Part shown: positions 1-9,738 of the stretch, one piece after another
Numbering within the stretch: the first letter of the stretch is position 1
Layout of the letters: each line of letters starts with the position of its first letter
Origin: Candidatus Collierbacteria bacterium GW2011_GWB1_44_6
Lineage (GTDB): Bacteria > Patescibacteriota > Microgenomatia > UBA1400 > MFAQ01
DNA: 64,000 nt
Assembly (NCBI GenBank): GCA_000998025.1
Contig: LCJG01000002.1
Location: forward strand, 891 to 64,890
Direction of reading: 5' to 3'
Translations under genes and position numbers: made by a program
The notes under the pieces: model-generated
What the model was told of the DNA's origin: nothing
The model's database searches: none
The model's input: the letters and a program-made list of their open reading frames with translations, nothing else

Positions 1-607
1 GAAGGACAAAGAACAGGGCAAATGGTTTTACCAAAATAGCAATAGCGATCAAAACGGAACTCATTAGAAGAAAAAGGCGTTTCTTCATTCCGATAGATTC
101 GGACATTTTTATGAGATACCAATAAGATGCCAAAACAGTGGAGATCATTAAAGGTTCCGGCAGTATGACTCTGGAGTAGTAGATACTAAAGGGAAGTATG
201 GCAGTAAACAAAGCGGCCAGCCAGCCGACAAAAAACCCGGAAAGTTTTTCCCCAATAAGAAAAACAAAATAAATGGATACCAGGGAGAGAAGTACTGATG
301 TGAGGCGACCTGCCATGTCTAATCCGACGCCAGGGTAAACTTTATAGACCAGTGAGTGAAGGTAATTGTAGAACGGAAATTCCACCATGCGGTAACCGTG
401 GGGGTTGTCTTTTCCTGATTGAATATTGGAATTGTCATGATAAGTCGGGACCAACAAGGTCCCCTTATTTTCCACTAGATTTCTAGTCACTGAGGATGTG
501 TCTGCCTGACGGAAGGAGTGCCAATCAGCCACCGGATTATCTATCTTGTAAAGCCTAAGGAACAAAGCCAAAACTATAACTCCGACAACAAGTAATTTTT
601 TTATCAT
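1..607 (-). CDS. N-terminal fragment of a GT-C membrane glycosyltransferase (ArnT/PMT-like); the gene runs off the window start
   Basis: A minus-strand ATG near 605-607 (ATGA overlap with the stop of the upstream gene) opens a reading frame that continues to position 1. Hand translation gives MIKKLLVVG... and continues hydrophobic, with multiple TM helices and a loop of the form ...WHSFRQADT.... It is not in the ORF track, presumably because it has no stop in the window. Confidence 0.4.
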   Translation of the reverse strand, partial: MIKKLLVVGVIVLALFLRLYKIDNPVADWHSFRQADTSSVTRNLVENKGTLLVPTYHDNSNIQSGKDNPHGYRMVEFPFYNYLHSLVYKVYPGVGLDMAGRLTSVLLSLVSIYFVFLIGEKLSGFFVGWLAALFTAILPFSIYYSRVILPEPLMISTVLASYWYLIKMSESIGMKKRLFLLMSSVLIAIAILVKPFALFFVL

Positions 608-1953
608 ATCTTTTTAGTACTAAATGCTAAACCCATATAGGCCCAAAATAAAATGGCGATTTTGCTGGATTCAAATACATCAATAAAAATGGCGCTAGTA
701 AGAAATGAAGCGAATATGCCAATGGCCGAAATAATAATTATTTTATCTATACCACTGACTTTGTTGACGCTTAACACCAGAAACTTCCCCATGGCATACA
801 GAAGAGCTAAAAATGACAATAGTCCCAGTAGACCCATTTCTCCAAGTGTTCGTAGGTAGTCATTGTCAGTTGCTAGGGTAATAGAGGAAAAACCAGTACC
901 CAGTATGGGATTTTTGTAAAACGCCCTCATGGCTCTCGGCCACTCGACATCAAAGCGGATACTGGTAGACCTATCTTGCTGAATAGGACGAAGCGGCTCA
1001 GGAGTGGGTGTGGGCTTGGGAGTCAGAGTAGGAGTTAGGATTTTTGGCGTAGCGGCATAGGTGGGCGGAAAAATTATTTGGCTGGTCTTGACCGTGAAGA
1101 CTCGAAAAATACTTTTGAACCGGTCGATATATTGTGAAGACGTGGCGATAAAGGCAAAGATGACCCCTAGAAATATCAAACCGAGGACAAACCGGCGATA
1201 AAAATAGGAGACGAGACAGACTGCCACTACTAAAGATACCAAAGAAATTCGAGAGCCAGCTTGCATAAACAACCAAAGCAGAACAACAAAGAGGATTAAG
1301 AAAGGTAGCCTTTTTAGCCAGGTATTGAGTGATCCGGTAATAGCTACCAGGAAGGTCATAATCATGGTCAGATAGACGGCGAGATCATAATGACCCCCGA
1401 AGGTACTGTTGAGGGTAACACCAGGTCTTAGATACATGGCGATGCCCTTACTGGATTCGGAGTCCATGGTAGAGATCACTGGGGCATTGAAATATATCTG
1501 GGCAATGCCATAAAGAAAGACGCCTATCGCCGGCAGAATGGCAAGCTCAAGATAATACCGCCTGGTGGAGCTTTCCCGGGCGGCGAAGTATATAAGGAAA
1601 AAGACGGACATATATTCTATGCGACGGAAAAAATGGAGGAATACGAGTATGGGCTGAACATTTTTGGTGATGAGTATGGCTGACAAGCTAGAAACTAGAG
1701 CGACAAAAGCAAAAACTGCAAATTGTAAAGTAACTTTCGGGAAGATAATTTTTTTTTGATTTATAAGGAGGACAAAAAAGACCGACCAGACCAATGCAAT
1801 GAGAAAATCCTCTACCCTGATAGAGACATAGGTAAAGGGAACCGTAAAAAGCGGGAATTTCGGATAAAGCGGTATAAATATCAAGACCGCCGCAAAAAGA
1901 TATTTAAAAAATGAATCCAAGAGCGTGGAAGTAGGCTTTGCGAGCTTTTGCAT
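604..1953 (-). CDS. O-antigen ligase/polymerase-like (Wzy_C family) polytopic membrane protein with a Pro/Thr-rich linker
   Basis: 449 aa with about 10 TM helices and a large loop. The loop contains PTLTPKPTPTPEP. The general architecture matches WaaL/Wzy-type proteins. Domain assignment is from pattern memory, not a search. Confidence 0.5.
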   Translation of the reverse strand: MQKLAKPTSTLLDSFFKYLFAAVLIFIPLYPKFPLFTVPFTYVSIRVEDFLIALVWSVFFVLLINQKKIIFPKVTLQFAVFAFVALVSSLSAILITKNVQPILVFLHFFRRIEYMSVFFLIYFAARESSTRRYYLELAILPAIGVFLYGIAQIYFNAPVISTMDSESSKGIAMYLRPGVTLNSTFGGHYDLAVYLTMIMTFLVAITGSLNTWLKRLPFLILFVVLLWLFMQAGSRISLVSLVVAVCLVSYFYRRFVLGLIFLGVIFAFIATSSQYIDRFKSIFRVFTVKTSQIIFPPTYAATPKILTPTLTPKPTPTPEPLRPIQQDRSTSIRFDVEWPRAMRAFYKNPILGTGFSSITLATDNDYLRTLGEMGLLGLLSFLALLYAMGKFLVLSVNKVSGIDKIIIISAIGIFASFLTSAIFIDVFESSKIAILFWAYMGLAFSTKKI

Positions 1954-2812
1954 CTCCTTTAATTATCCCAAATATTAACAACCTAAGCAATGAACCAATC
2001 CAGAAAGAGATTTTTACAAAAACAATTTGCCAGTGTGGCATATGTTTACGCCAAAAGTAGATCATGTTTTTTATTTCCAAGGTGAGGGCAAGATAAGACC
2101 CTCCTGAAGCCCCACCAAGATGCACGATGGCGGGAGTATTGGTGTAATAAGTAGGGTATCCTAGTTTGGACAGGCGGTAGCATAGCTCCATTTCTTCCGT
2201 ATACATAAATATGTTTTTGTCAAAGCCGCCTGCCTTATCAAAAATATCTTTTCTAACAATCATAAAGGCACCGGTGACCCAGTCCATTTGTTTGTTTTTT
2301 TCGTACTGACTTTGCTTGGGATGAAAGGAAGGAATGAAATCACCGATAATCGGTAAATCGTCAATAAAAAACTGCCAGGCCATCAGACTCCAAAAGGAAG
2401 GAAAGTGACCACCAGAAGCCTGAAAAGAACGGTCTGCGTTTAGTAGACGGCAGGAATATGCGCCAACCTTAGGATGCTTAATGACGGTTTCGTAGGCTTC
2501 TTTTAGGGCGTTATCAAACAAGAGAGTGTCGGAGTTTAAGAAAAGGAGATAATTACCCCTGGCTTTTTTGACTCCTAGATTGTTACCACGCCCAAAGCCT
2601 AGATTTTCTTGTGCGTCGATTAGAATTATCTGAGGAAATTTCTTGGAGTAGTGGCGAACTGCTTCTACTGAGCCATCTTTCGAGCCATTATCCACCACAA
2701 TGACTTCATAACTTATACCTTTGGTGTATTTCAAAATTGAGTCAAGGCAGTCCAGTGTGATCTGCTTGGTGTTGTAAGAAATGGTGATGATGGAAAGATC
2801 GATTTTAGGCAT
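1904..2812 (-). CDS. GT2 family glycosyltransferase (rhamnosyltransferase-like)
   Basis: N-terminal LSIITISYNTKQ...VIVVDNGSKDGS has the GT2 DxD/Rossmann signature. Length is 302 aa. Confidence 0.8.
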   Translation of the reverse strand: MPKIDLSIITISYNTKQITLDCLDSILKYTKGISYEVIVVDNGSKDGSVEAVRHYSKKFPQIILIDAQENLGFGRGNNLGVKKARGNYLLFLNSDTLLFDNALKEAYETVIKHPKVGAYSCRLLNADRSFQASGGHFPSFWSLMAWQFFIDDLPIIGDFIPSFHPKQSQYEKNKQMDWVTGAFMIVRKDIFDKAGGFDKNIFMYTEEMELCYRLSKLGYPTYYTNTPAIVHLGGASGGSYLALTLEIKNMIYFWRKHMPHWQIVFVKISFWIGSLLRLLIFGIIKGDAKARKAYFHALGFIF

Positions 2813-3347
2813 TTTTGAAGGCTAAAGAAACTAAGTAGGCAGATGGGAAAATAAGCGTCCAGATGATTAGCCTTGCCCAAACTGGAGAATTCACAGGACG
2901 CAGCGTAATTTTTGCCTGGTAAGCAACACCGTGAAGAGAGATGTCTGGTATTTCGTCTGGGGTAAGATTAGCGTTTTGAGGCGCTTTTTCTGGTTCCCAG
3001 CCATTGACGAAGGTGGAGTTCCTCATGGGGTAAACAATTTCTTCCAAATAGTTGCTTTTGGTCTGATCTCTTACGAGAGTAAAGGCGTCTTCTGGTGGAT
3101 AATTTAGTCTGTATGTGGGTAGGGTCAGTCCAAGGAATTTAATTTGAGATTTTGACTGAATATCGCTCAGAACTTCACTACGAGTAAGATCCGAGTAGAA
3201 ACCTTTTTGATCAGGATTTTGCCAAGTATCCCCTTCTTCATCCGATCTGGCCGAATCTCTAAGATCAGGAAGGGTCGGAGTAGGAAGACTTAAGTAAACT
3301 GCTCCGATTAGAAATACAAGTAGCAACGGTAAGTATTTTGTTTTCAT
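2805..3347 (-). CDS. hypothetical exported/membrane-anchored protein
   Basis: N-terminal signal/anchor MKTKYLPLLLVFLIGAVYLSL and a C-terminal hydrophobic helix. No recognisable domain. Confidence 0.4.
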   Translation of the reverse strand: MKTKYLPLLLVFLIGAVYLSLPTPTLPDLRDSARSDEEGDTWQNPDQKGFYSDLTRSEVLSDIQSKSQIKFLGLTLPTYRLNYPPEDAFTLVRDQTKSNYLEEIVYPMRNSTFVNGWEPEKAPQNANLTPDEIPDISLHGVAYQAKITLRPVNSPVWARLIIWTLIFPSAYLVSLAFKNA

Positions 3348-3979
3348 TGGAATAACCTAGGGCGGCCTAACTTGTAATGATATTCTTTAAGAGATCTTTC
3401 TCCGATAACCTTGGCAGGGACTCCTCCGACAATGGCACCCGCGGCTACATCTTTGGTAACGACAGCACCACCTGCCACAACTGCACCTTTTCCAATACTC
3501 ACTCCTGGCATAATTATGACTCGAGGGCCGATAAAGCAGTAGTCTCCAACGGAGACTGGCTCCTCGATGGCTCTGAAGGTGGGGTCAGATAAATCGTGTT
3601 CCGAATTGTAGACCATGACCTGAGACGCAATATCCGTGTGTTTCCCGATCGTTATTTTGGCTCGTCCATCAAAAAAGGCATGGTCTCCCACGATGGCGCC
3701 TTCCCCTATTGTGATATTCTTGGGAAGAAAAAAACGGGCACCCATATGAATACTAGCTCCTTTACCAAGTTTTATACCGGACAAGCGGTAAAGTAAATTT
3801 CGGACGAAGTGGCTGGGTATATATCCAATTATCCACAATAAATACAACTCGATGTCTATCAGATAACTATGTAATCTTTTGATTATTTTATTAAAAGCAA
3901 TCCCAAAGGAAAGGCGGTGGCCATCCTTATCAGTGAACACAAGGCCTTTTTTGGAGACATTTAAGTTCAGTATGGTCAT
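3344..3979 (-). CDS. hexapeptide-repeat (LbH) sugar O-acetyltransferase
   Basis: Repeated [LIV]G-x-x-x-x hexapeptides: IGEGAIVGDHAFF, VSVGDYCFIGPRVIIMPGVSIGKGAVVAGGAVVTKDV, GAIVGGVPAKVIG. Confidence 0.8.
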   Translation of the reverse strand: MTILNLNVSKKGLVFTDKDGHRLSFGIAFNKIIKRLHSYLIDIELYLLWIIGYIPSHFVRNLLYRLSGIKLGKGASIHMGARFFLPKNITIGEGAIVGDHAFFDGRAKITIGKHTDIASQVMVYNSEHDLSDPTFRAIEEPVSVGDYCFIGPRVIIMPGVSIGKGAVVAGGAVVTKDVAAGAIVGGVPAKVIGERSLKEYHYKLGRPRLFQ

Positions 3980-5091
3980 AGTTTTTTTAATGTCGTTATT
4001 ACTTTCTGGGCTGAAACATCCCAGTCAAACCGTCTTGCATTATCCTTGCCGTCTTTAATCATTTTAATTCTTTCGGAAAGTGATAGTGATAACACTTTTT
4101 CGAGTGACTGTCTAATGCTCTCAGGTGACAAAGGATCGTCGATATAGATAGCCGCGTCTCCGGCCACCTCAGGTAAAGAACTTACTTTGGAAACAACAAC
4201 CGGTGTGCCGACTGCTTGAGCTTCGACGACGGGCATGCCAAACCCTTCGTAAAGACTGGGAAGAATGAAGGCGCGACTCGCTTTTATTAGAGCCGGGAGG
4301 TCATCTGGTACTAGGAAGCCTGTAAAAATAACTCTGTTCTCTACACCCAACCTCCTGGCTTGATCGAGAATTTGATCGTACAACCACCCCTTTTTGCCAG
4401 CAATAACGAGTTTCAACCTGGATTCTTTTAATTTGGAAAAGGCTTCGATAAGGCGGGTAATATTCTTTCTTGGTTGTAACGTACCCCAGTAGAGTAAGAA
4501 GCTACCGTTAATGTTGTATTTTTTTCGAACAGCCATTTGTTTAGTTTTGGGAATTTTGCCATGGAAAGCTTTTTTGTCATACGACGGATAAACCACCTCA
4601 ATCTTCTCAGGGTTTGTTCCATAGAGCCTAATGATTTCGTTTTTACTAAATTCTGAAATAGTAAAAACCTTTTTGGCTCTTTTAACAGAAACTGGAGTCC
4701 ATCGTTTTAATTGGTTAATATCGTAGCTCGTAAAGTATTCTGTGCCAAATAGCTCAAACGACATATCCATGAGATATATGGCGCTTTTTACCGGTGATAA
4801 AAATGGAGAATAGTGGCTAGGCGAGAATAAAATATCTATCTTTGGCTCCCCGAACCAGAGCCTTTTGGTAAGACTAGTCAGAACCCAAGCTCTTTTTGCC
4901 CCAAAAATTTCATAAGTTAATTTATCTCCAGCAGGAGGCATGTCTGGTAGCGGGCGCTCTTTAGCAAAGGCTATTATTCTGTCTCCGTCTTGGAGATTTT
5001 TTACTAAATGAATAAAAATATTGTAGGCAACCTGATTAACCCCAACACGCTGGGGAACATTGGCTTCATTGATATCAAATCCAATAATCAT
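3976..5091 (-). CDS. GT4 (GT-B fold) glycosyltransferase
   Basis: C-terminal EGFGMPVVEAQAVGTPVVVS...SLPEVAGDAAIYIDDP is the canonical GT4 motif. It overlaps its neighbours by 4 bp. Confidence 0.85.
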   Translation of the reverse strand: MIIGFDINEANVPQRVGVNQVAYNIFIHLVKNLQDGDRIIAFAKERPLPDMPPAGDKLTYEIFGAKRAWVLTSLTKRLWFGEPKIDILFSPSHYSPFLSPVKSAIYLMDMSFELFGTEYFTSYDINQLKRWTPVSVKRAKKVFTISEFSKNEIIRLYGTNPEKIEVVYPSYDKKAFHGKIPKTKQMAVRKKYNINGSFLLYWGTLQPRKNITRLIEAFSKLKESRLKLVIAGKKGWLYDQILDQARRLGVENRVIFTGFLVPDDLPALIKASRAFILPSLYEGFGMPVVEAQAVGTPVVVSKVSSLPEVAGDAAIYIDDPLSPESIRQSLEKVLSLSLSERIKMIKDGKDNARRFDWDVSAQKVITTLKKL

Positions 5092-6200
5092 AAATTGTTC
5101 TTCCCAGCAGTCAGACCAAGGACTTCATTGTATGTCTTATAAGTTTCCTCGGCTGTATGTTTCCAGGTGAACTTTGCTGCCTGTTTGAGGCTCTTTTTTC
5201 TAAGTTCAGACCTGTTCTGGATAGCCTCTATTATACCAGCTGCGATAGACTGAAGGCTGCTTGGGTCGAAAAGTACCCCAGCGTCCCCCACCACTTCTGG
5301 AAGACTACTAATATCCGAAACAGCAACTGGAGCCCCACAAGCCATGGCCTGGAGCGGAGATAGGCCAAAACCTTCATAAAGACTAGGTAAGACAAATGCC
5401 AGACATCCGGAATATAAGGCTGGGAGATCGGCATCCGGGATATAACCGGGGGTCAGGATATTCTCAGCCGAATGCACCTCGCTGTCCTGACGAACCCGGC
5501 CTCCGATCAAAAGTTTTAAGTTTGGATATTTTTCTCTGACAAGATCAAAGGCTTTTATTAAGGCTGGCTGATTTTTGCGCGGCTCCAAGGTAGACAGAGT
5601 AAATATGTACTCGTCACCGGTTTTGTATTTTCGAGTAACGGTTTCAACTATCTCAAGGGGTTGAGGTGTATATCTCTCCTCCACTCCCTCAGGAATAACC
5701 ACAATTTTTTCCTCCGGAATTCTGAGAATAGAGATCAGATCACTCCTGGTGGACTCGCTGACGGCGATAATTTTTTTTGATTCTCTCATGACCCAAGCCA
5801 ATCTTTTTTTGTGAGCGTTCCTGATCGAGTCGGTGGTGGTATGTGGATACTTAAAGGGGACCAGGTCGTGAACAGTGGTGACTTTGGGATATCTGGAGGG
5901 TGGCTCTGTCCAATCTGAGGTATGAATGATATCAACCGGTCCGGTGAAGGTCTCCACAGGGACCAGGTGGAGAGAGTTCCAGATGAAGTCCATCATTGTC
6001 GGCGGGAAAGGAAAGATCTTAGGCGTGCCTTTGAACTTCTTGGCTAGCACAAGAAGCTCGCGCCGCCGCCGAAGTGAACCACCAAAAAGAATAAATTCAT
6101 CTTCAGGATGTAGTTTTATCAGATTGCTGACAAGATTCTTGGTATAGACAGATACACCGGTGCCATATATGGCCTGACTAATGTCAATAGCTATCTTCAT
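5088..6200 (-). CDS. GT4 (GT-B fold) glycosyltransferase
   Basis: EGFGLSPLQAMACGAPVAVSDISSLPEVVGDAGVLFDP. Confidence 0.85.
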   Translation of the reverse strand: MKIAIDISQAIYGTGVSVYTKNLVSNLIKLHPEDEFILFGGSLRRRRELLVLAKKFKGTPKIFPFPPTMMDFIWNSLHLVPVETFTGPVDIIHTSDWTEPPSRYPKVTTVHDLVPFKYPHTTTDSIRNAHKKRLAWVMRESKKIIAVSESTRSDLISILRIPEEKIVVIPEGVEERYTPQPLEIVETVTRKYKTGDEYIFTLSTLEPRKNQPALIKAFDLVREKYPNLKLLIGGRVRQDSEVHSAENILTPGYIPDADLPALYSGCLAFVLPSLYEGFGLSPLQAMACGAPVAVSDISSLPEVVGDAGVLFDPSSLQSIAAGIIEAIQNRSELRKKSLKQAAKFTWKHTAEETYKTYNEVLGLTAGKNNL

Positions 6201-7570
6201 AATGGCTGGAACTCATAAACTTGCCCCAGATTGTTAAAATTATATACTCCCGTCTGCTTTAACTTCAAACCACTAAGGGACTTGAGGATAGTACGGTTTG
6301 GATCCGTAATATCAGCCAGATAATCGAGATAGTACACAGGTTTTGACGTTTCGAAGTTTTGATCGACAGGTATCCTGTGGTAGTTGGCGTCCAGCAAAGG
6401 AACCACCAGGGTATAAGTCTCGTAGAAATATAGCGGTGCAAATTTATATGGAAACGCAATCACCAACTGACTTTCCTTACCGGAGAGGAAACGTGCTAGG
6501 CCTCTCCAATCCTCCCGGTGGAATTTTGGATTGGTCCAAAAGAAAATATTGAAAAAGATAAATGTACCGCAAACCCAAATAATGGTTCCGAATTTAATTA
6601 CTCTGGGCATGGCTTCTATGCCAGAAGCAAGTAAAACAAAGAAGAAAGGTAAAACATAAAGAAAACGCCAGTACCCAAGCATTGGAGTTTTTAGACTAAT
6701 GATTGATCCAAAAAGCAAAGGTGTAATTAGAGCTATCCAAAAGAGTTTGGTCTTTTTGTTTCGAAACGAGTTGGTGATTATGCTGAAAAAAATTAATACT
6801 AAAGAACCTCCGACTAAATAATAGAGCGTCTGGGGCTGAAAAGAAATCCGTCCGAGGATAAATTTTAAGGGAATTAATATGAGCGACTTTAGAGTTAGCG
6901 AACCGGATAGTGCTTGCCAGCCTGGTAGAAAGGTTTTTAGATAATTACCATTGCTGAGCTGGGCCGAGAACACTGGCCACCAAAGCACAAACACCACAAG
7001 TGCAGGTACACTAATAAAGATAACGTGCCCAAAATAGTTCTTCGATTTATTAAATAATAAATAAATTACCTCGGCGACGATGTTGAAGATGGCTCCATAA
7101 AAAGTGAAGAGGCACAAGACGTTTATGATAGCTACCATTTGAATTTTTTTCCGCACCAGAAAGAGCCAAGAAAGTACTATGAGCAAAGAAACAAGGGAAT
7201 ACATTCTCAATTCTTGAGAGTAATATATATGCAAAGGATTTAAAGCAAGAAATAGAGCAGAGACCACCGGTATTGTTGATTTGGTGCCAAATATTTCCCG
7301 GCAGAGAAGAAATATGACAGGGATGGTGGCGGTTGCCAAAATAATGAAGGGTAAACGGATCAACCACTCGGATCTTCCAGCCAGAGGCAGCCAATAATGA
7401 AGCAGGGAATAGAATATCGGTGGGTGAAAGTCAGTCTTGATACTCTCAACCAGCTGGGGTATTGGTAGCTTCGCGAACATGAGCGAAGCCCCCTCATCTA
7501 GCCAAAAACTTTGATTGGAATAAATTAGCCGTAGGATTAACCCCAATAGAGTAATTATTCCTATATACAT
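6197..7570 (-). CDS. GT-C membrane glycosyltransferase, ArnT/PMT-like (GT39/83-type)
   Basis: N-terminus LRLIYSNQSFWLDEGASLMF... with the DE loop-1 motif, then ...RLPFIILA. About 12 TM helices and a C-terminal extracytoplasmic domain. Confidence 0.6.
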   Translation of the reverse strand: MYIGIITLLGLILRLIYSNQSFWLDEGASLMFAKLPIPQLVESIKTDFHPPIFYSLLHYWLPLAGRSEWLIRLPFIILATATIPVIFLLCREIFGTKSTIPVVSALFLALNPLHIYYSQELRMYSLVSLLIVLSWLFLVRKKIQMVAIINVLCLFTFYGAIFNIVAEVIYLLFNKSKNYFGHVIFISVPALVVFVLWWPVFSAQLSNGNYLKTFLPGWQALSGSLTLKSLILIPLKFILGRISFQPQTLYYLVGGSLVLIFFSIITNSFRNKKTKLFWIALITPLLFGSIISLKTPMLGYWRFLYVLPFFFVLLASGIEAMPRVIKFGTIIWVCGTFIFFNIFFWTNPKFHREDWRGLARFLSGKESQLVIAFPYKFAPLYFYETYTLVVPLLDANYHRIPVDQNFETSKPVYYLDYLADITDPNRTILKSLSGLKLKQTGVYNFNNLGQVYEFQPL

Positions 7571-7579
7571 ATATACATA

Positions 7580-8296
7580 TTAGTTTTTTGTATATCTTTT
7601 TACTGATAAGGTCAGGTAATATACCGCCTGCAGATAAGAAAGAAAAAGACCACGATAACCATCCAGAAAACCGAGCTTATAAAAAAACCTTTTAAAAAAG
7701 TCTCGAATAAACCACCAGTTAGGAAAATATTGTTTCTGTTTGATCGCCAGATCTGAGTACTTGTTAATCTTATCCACAAATTCGGATATAGTTTCATAGT
7801 TATTGTGAATGAGATAATTTTTTAACTCATCGACCCTTTTCTCTGTTACAAACTCTTCGTGAACCAAACTTTGCCAAGAGCCTACCCCTTTACGATAAAG
7901 CCAAATGTGACGGTCGTCTTTGGGCCCCCAGTCAGAGTGCTTTACTTCTTCGCCCCAGATGAAATTTCTTCTGCCGATGTAATAAGCATCATACTCGCTG
8001 GAATCGATGGCCGAACTGATTTCTTTGGCCAGTTCAGGCGAGATGGATACATCTGCCTCGGTTGATAAGATCCATTCACCATTTGCTTGTTTATCACCAA
8101 AGTTGCGGGTTTCTGAAAAAGAAGTGAATGGGTGGTTAATTATTCTTGCTTTGGCTGACTTGGCTAATTCCAATGTTTTATCTTTGGATCCGGAATCGAT
8201 GATGATTATTTCGCCGGCCAAACCTTTTAGTGAGTCTAGACATCGGGGTAAGTCTTTCTCTTCGTTGAGAGTCGGAATAATAACTGATAGTGCCAT
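7580..8296 (-). CDS. GT2 family glycosyltransferase
   Basis: MALSVIIPTLNEEKDLPRCLDSL...IIIIDSGSKDKT. Confidence 0.8.
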   Translation of the reverse strand: MALSVIIPTLNEEKDLPRCLDSLKGLAGEIIIIDSGSKDKTLELAKSAKARIINHPFTSFSETRNFGDKQANGEWILSTEADVSISPELAKEISSAIDSSEYDAYYIGRRNFIWGEEVKHSDWGPKDDRHIWLYRKGVGSWQSLVHEEFVTEKRVDELKNYLIHNNYETISEFVDKINKYSDLAIKQKQYFPNWWFIRDFFKRFFYKLGFLDGYRGLFLSYLQAVYYLTLSVKRYTKN

Positions 8297-8310
8297 AAGG
8301 AGAATTATAC

Positions 8311-9021
8311 TTGTTATATACTAGGCCAGTGATAAAGAAGTTGTCTGTCATCATGCCGGTATACAACGAAGATAAGCTCGTAGTAAAGGCAGTTAGAAAA
8401 GTTCTTGGAGTGAATTTTGGAAAAATAAAGCTAGAGCTAATAGTGGTAAATGATGGGAGCACAGACGGAACCGAGGAAAAACTCAAAAGACTTAAGTCGA
8501 TAAAGGTTATATCCCTTAAAAAGAATCAGGGTAAGGGGGCGGCGATAAGACGCGGTCTAAAGGAAGTTACCGGAGACGCAGTAGTTATTCAGGATGCAGA
8601 CTTGGAGTATGATCCTCGCGAATTGCAGATATTGTTGAAACTGATCACCGATGGGGACGCAGACGTAGTTTACGGATCGCGGTTTATGGGAGACAGGCCA
8701 CACAGGGTGTTATTTTTCTGGCACATGGTGGCGAACAATATTCTTACTCTAATTTCCAACATGTGTACTAATCTGAACCTTACCGACATGGAAACTGGGT
8801 ATAAAATGTTTACAAAAGAAGTGGCAAAAAGATTAGACCTCAGGGAAAACCGCTTTGGACTGGAGCCGGAGTTTACGGCAAAGGTCGCCAAAATGGGTGT
8901 GCGGGTATACGAAGTCGGTATCAGCTATCATGGACGAAACTACGAACAAGGCAAGAAAATTGGCTGGAAGGACGGTGTCTGGGCGCTATGGTGTATCCTA
9001 AGATACAATCTATTTCCCTGA
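8311..9021 (+). CDS. polyprenyl-phosphate sugar synthase, DPM1-like soluble GT2 (dolichyl/undecaprenyl-phosphate mannosyl- or glucosyltransferase)
   Basis: LSVIMPVYNE...VVNDGSTDGT...KNQGKGAAIRRGL...VIQDADLEYDP...YGSRF is the classic Dpm1/Ppm1 catalytic-domain pattern. 236 aa with no C-terminal TM helices. Confidence 0.8.
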   Translation: MLYTRPVIKKLSVIMPVYNEDKLVVKAVRKVLGVNFGKIKLELIVVNDGSTDGTEEKLKRLKSIKVISLKKNQGKGAAIRRGLKEVTGDAVVIQDADLEYDPRELQILLKLITDGDADVVYGSRFMGDRPHRVLFFWHMVANNILTLISNMCTNLNLTDMETGYKMFTKEVAKRLDLRENRFGLEPEFTAKVAKMGVRVYEVGISYHGRNYEQGKKIGWKDGVWALWCILRYNLFP

Positions 9022-9738
9022 CTTTCGAGCGATCAGTACCAGACTTTGACCAATAGGCGGACGCAAATACTTTTCCAGATATAAAAGTGGGACTATAAAT
9101 TTGTCAAACAGTTTTCCAAAATAATTATCCTGCTTATTTGCCCCCGGCTTAGATCTGCTTAATTTTCCGATCAAGACTCCCCTACCCCACCAAAGAAAAT
9201 ATCCAGGTAAGTTGACATAGTGAATTTTTTCAATTTTAAAACCAGCTTTTTCAACTTTTTCCTTCAGACTTTTATGGGTATAGCGGCGGTAGTGCCCCAT
9301 GTCCGTGTCCAGCTTTCCGTAGATCTCAGGGCGGGCGGGAACAAACAGTAGCAGACGACCACCTGACTCTAATAATTTAAAGCAGTTTAAAAAAGCTTTC
9401 TTGTCGTCTTTGATATGTTCAAAAACGTTGGAGGAAAAAATGGTATCCATCTTGCCAATTAATATTTCAGGAGCTTCGTTTTCGATATCGAGTTTCAATA
9501 CCGGATCGGTGAAGGTCTGTTTGAGTTTGTTTATATAGTCAGAGTAAATGTCGGAGAGAATAATGATGGCTTTCCCGGGAAACAGCTTCGAAAGGGCTCC
9601 CTGTCCACTTCCGATTTCCAAAATGGTTCGGCCAAAATACTGCTTGAAGTTGCCCATTAACCAGTGGTTATACCGATCGAGACTGGTAGCCTGCTCTAGT
9701 ATGGAATGGCTTTGCTCTGACCATTCAAGATTTTTCAT
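9010..9738 (-). CDS. class I SAM-dependent methyltransferase
   Basis: Motif I ILEIGSGQGALS and motif II/III region FD..I...FEHI. Confidence 0.8.
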   Translation of the reverse strand: MKNLEWSEQSHSILEQATSLDRYNHWLMGNFKQYFGRTILEIGSGQGALSKLFPGKAIIILSDIYSDYINKLKQTFTDPVLKLDIENEAPEILIGKMDTIFSSNVFEHIKDDKKAFLNCFKLLESGGRLLLFVPARPEIYGKLDTDMGHYRRYTHKSLKEKVEKAGFKIEKIHYVNLPGYFLWWGRGVLIGKLSRSKPGANKQDNYFGKLFDKFIVPLLYLEKYLRPPIGQSLVLIARKSGK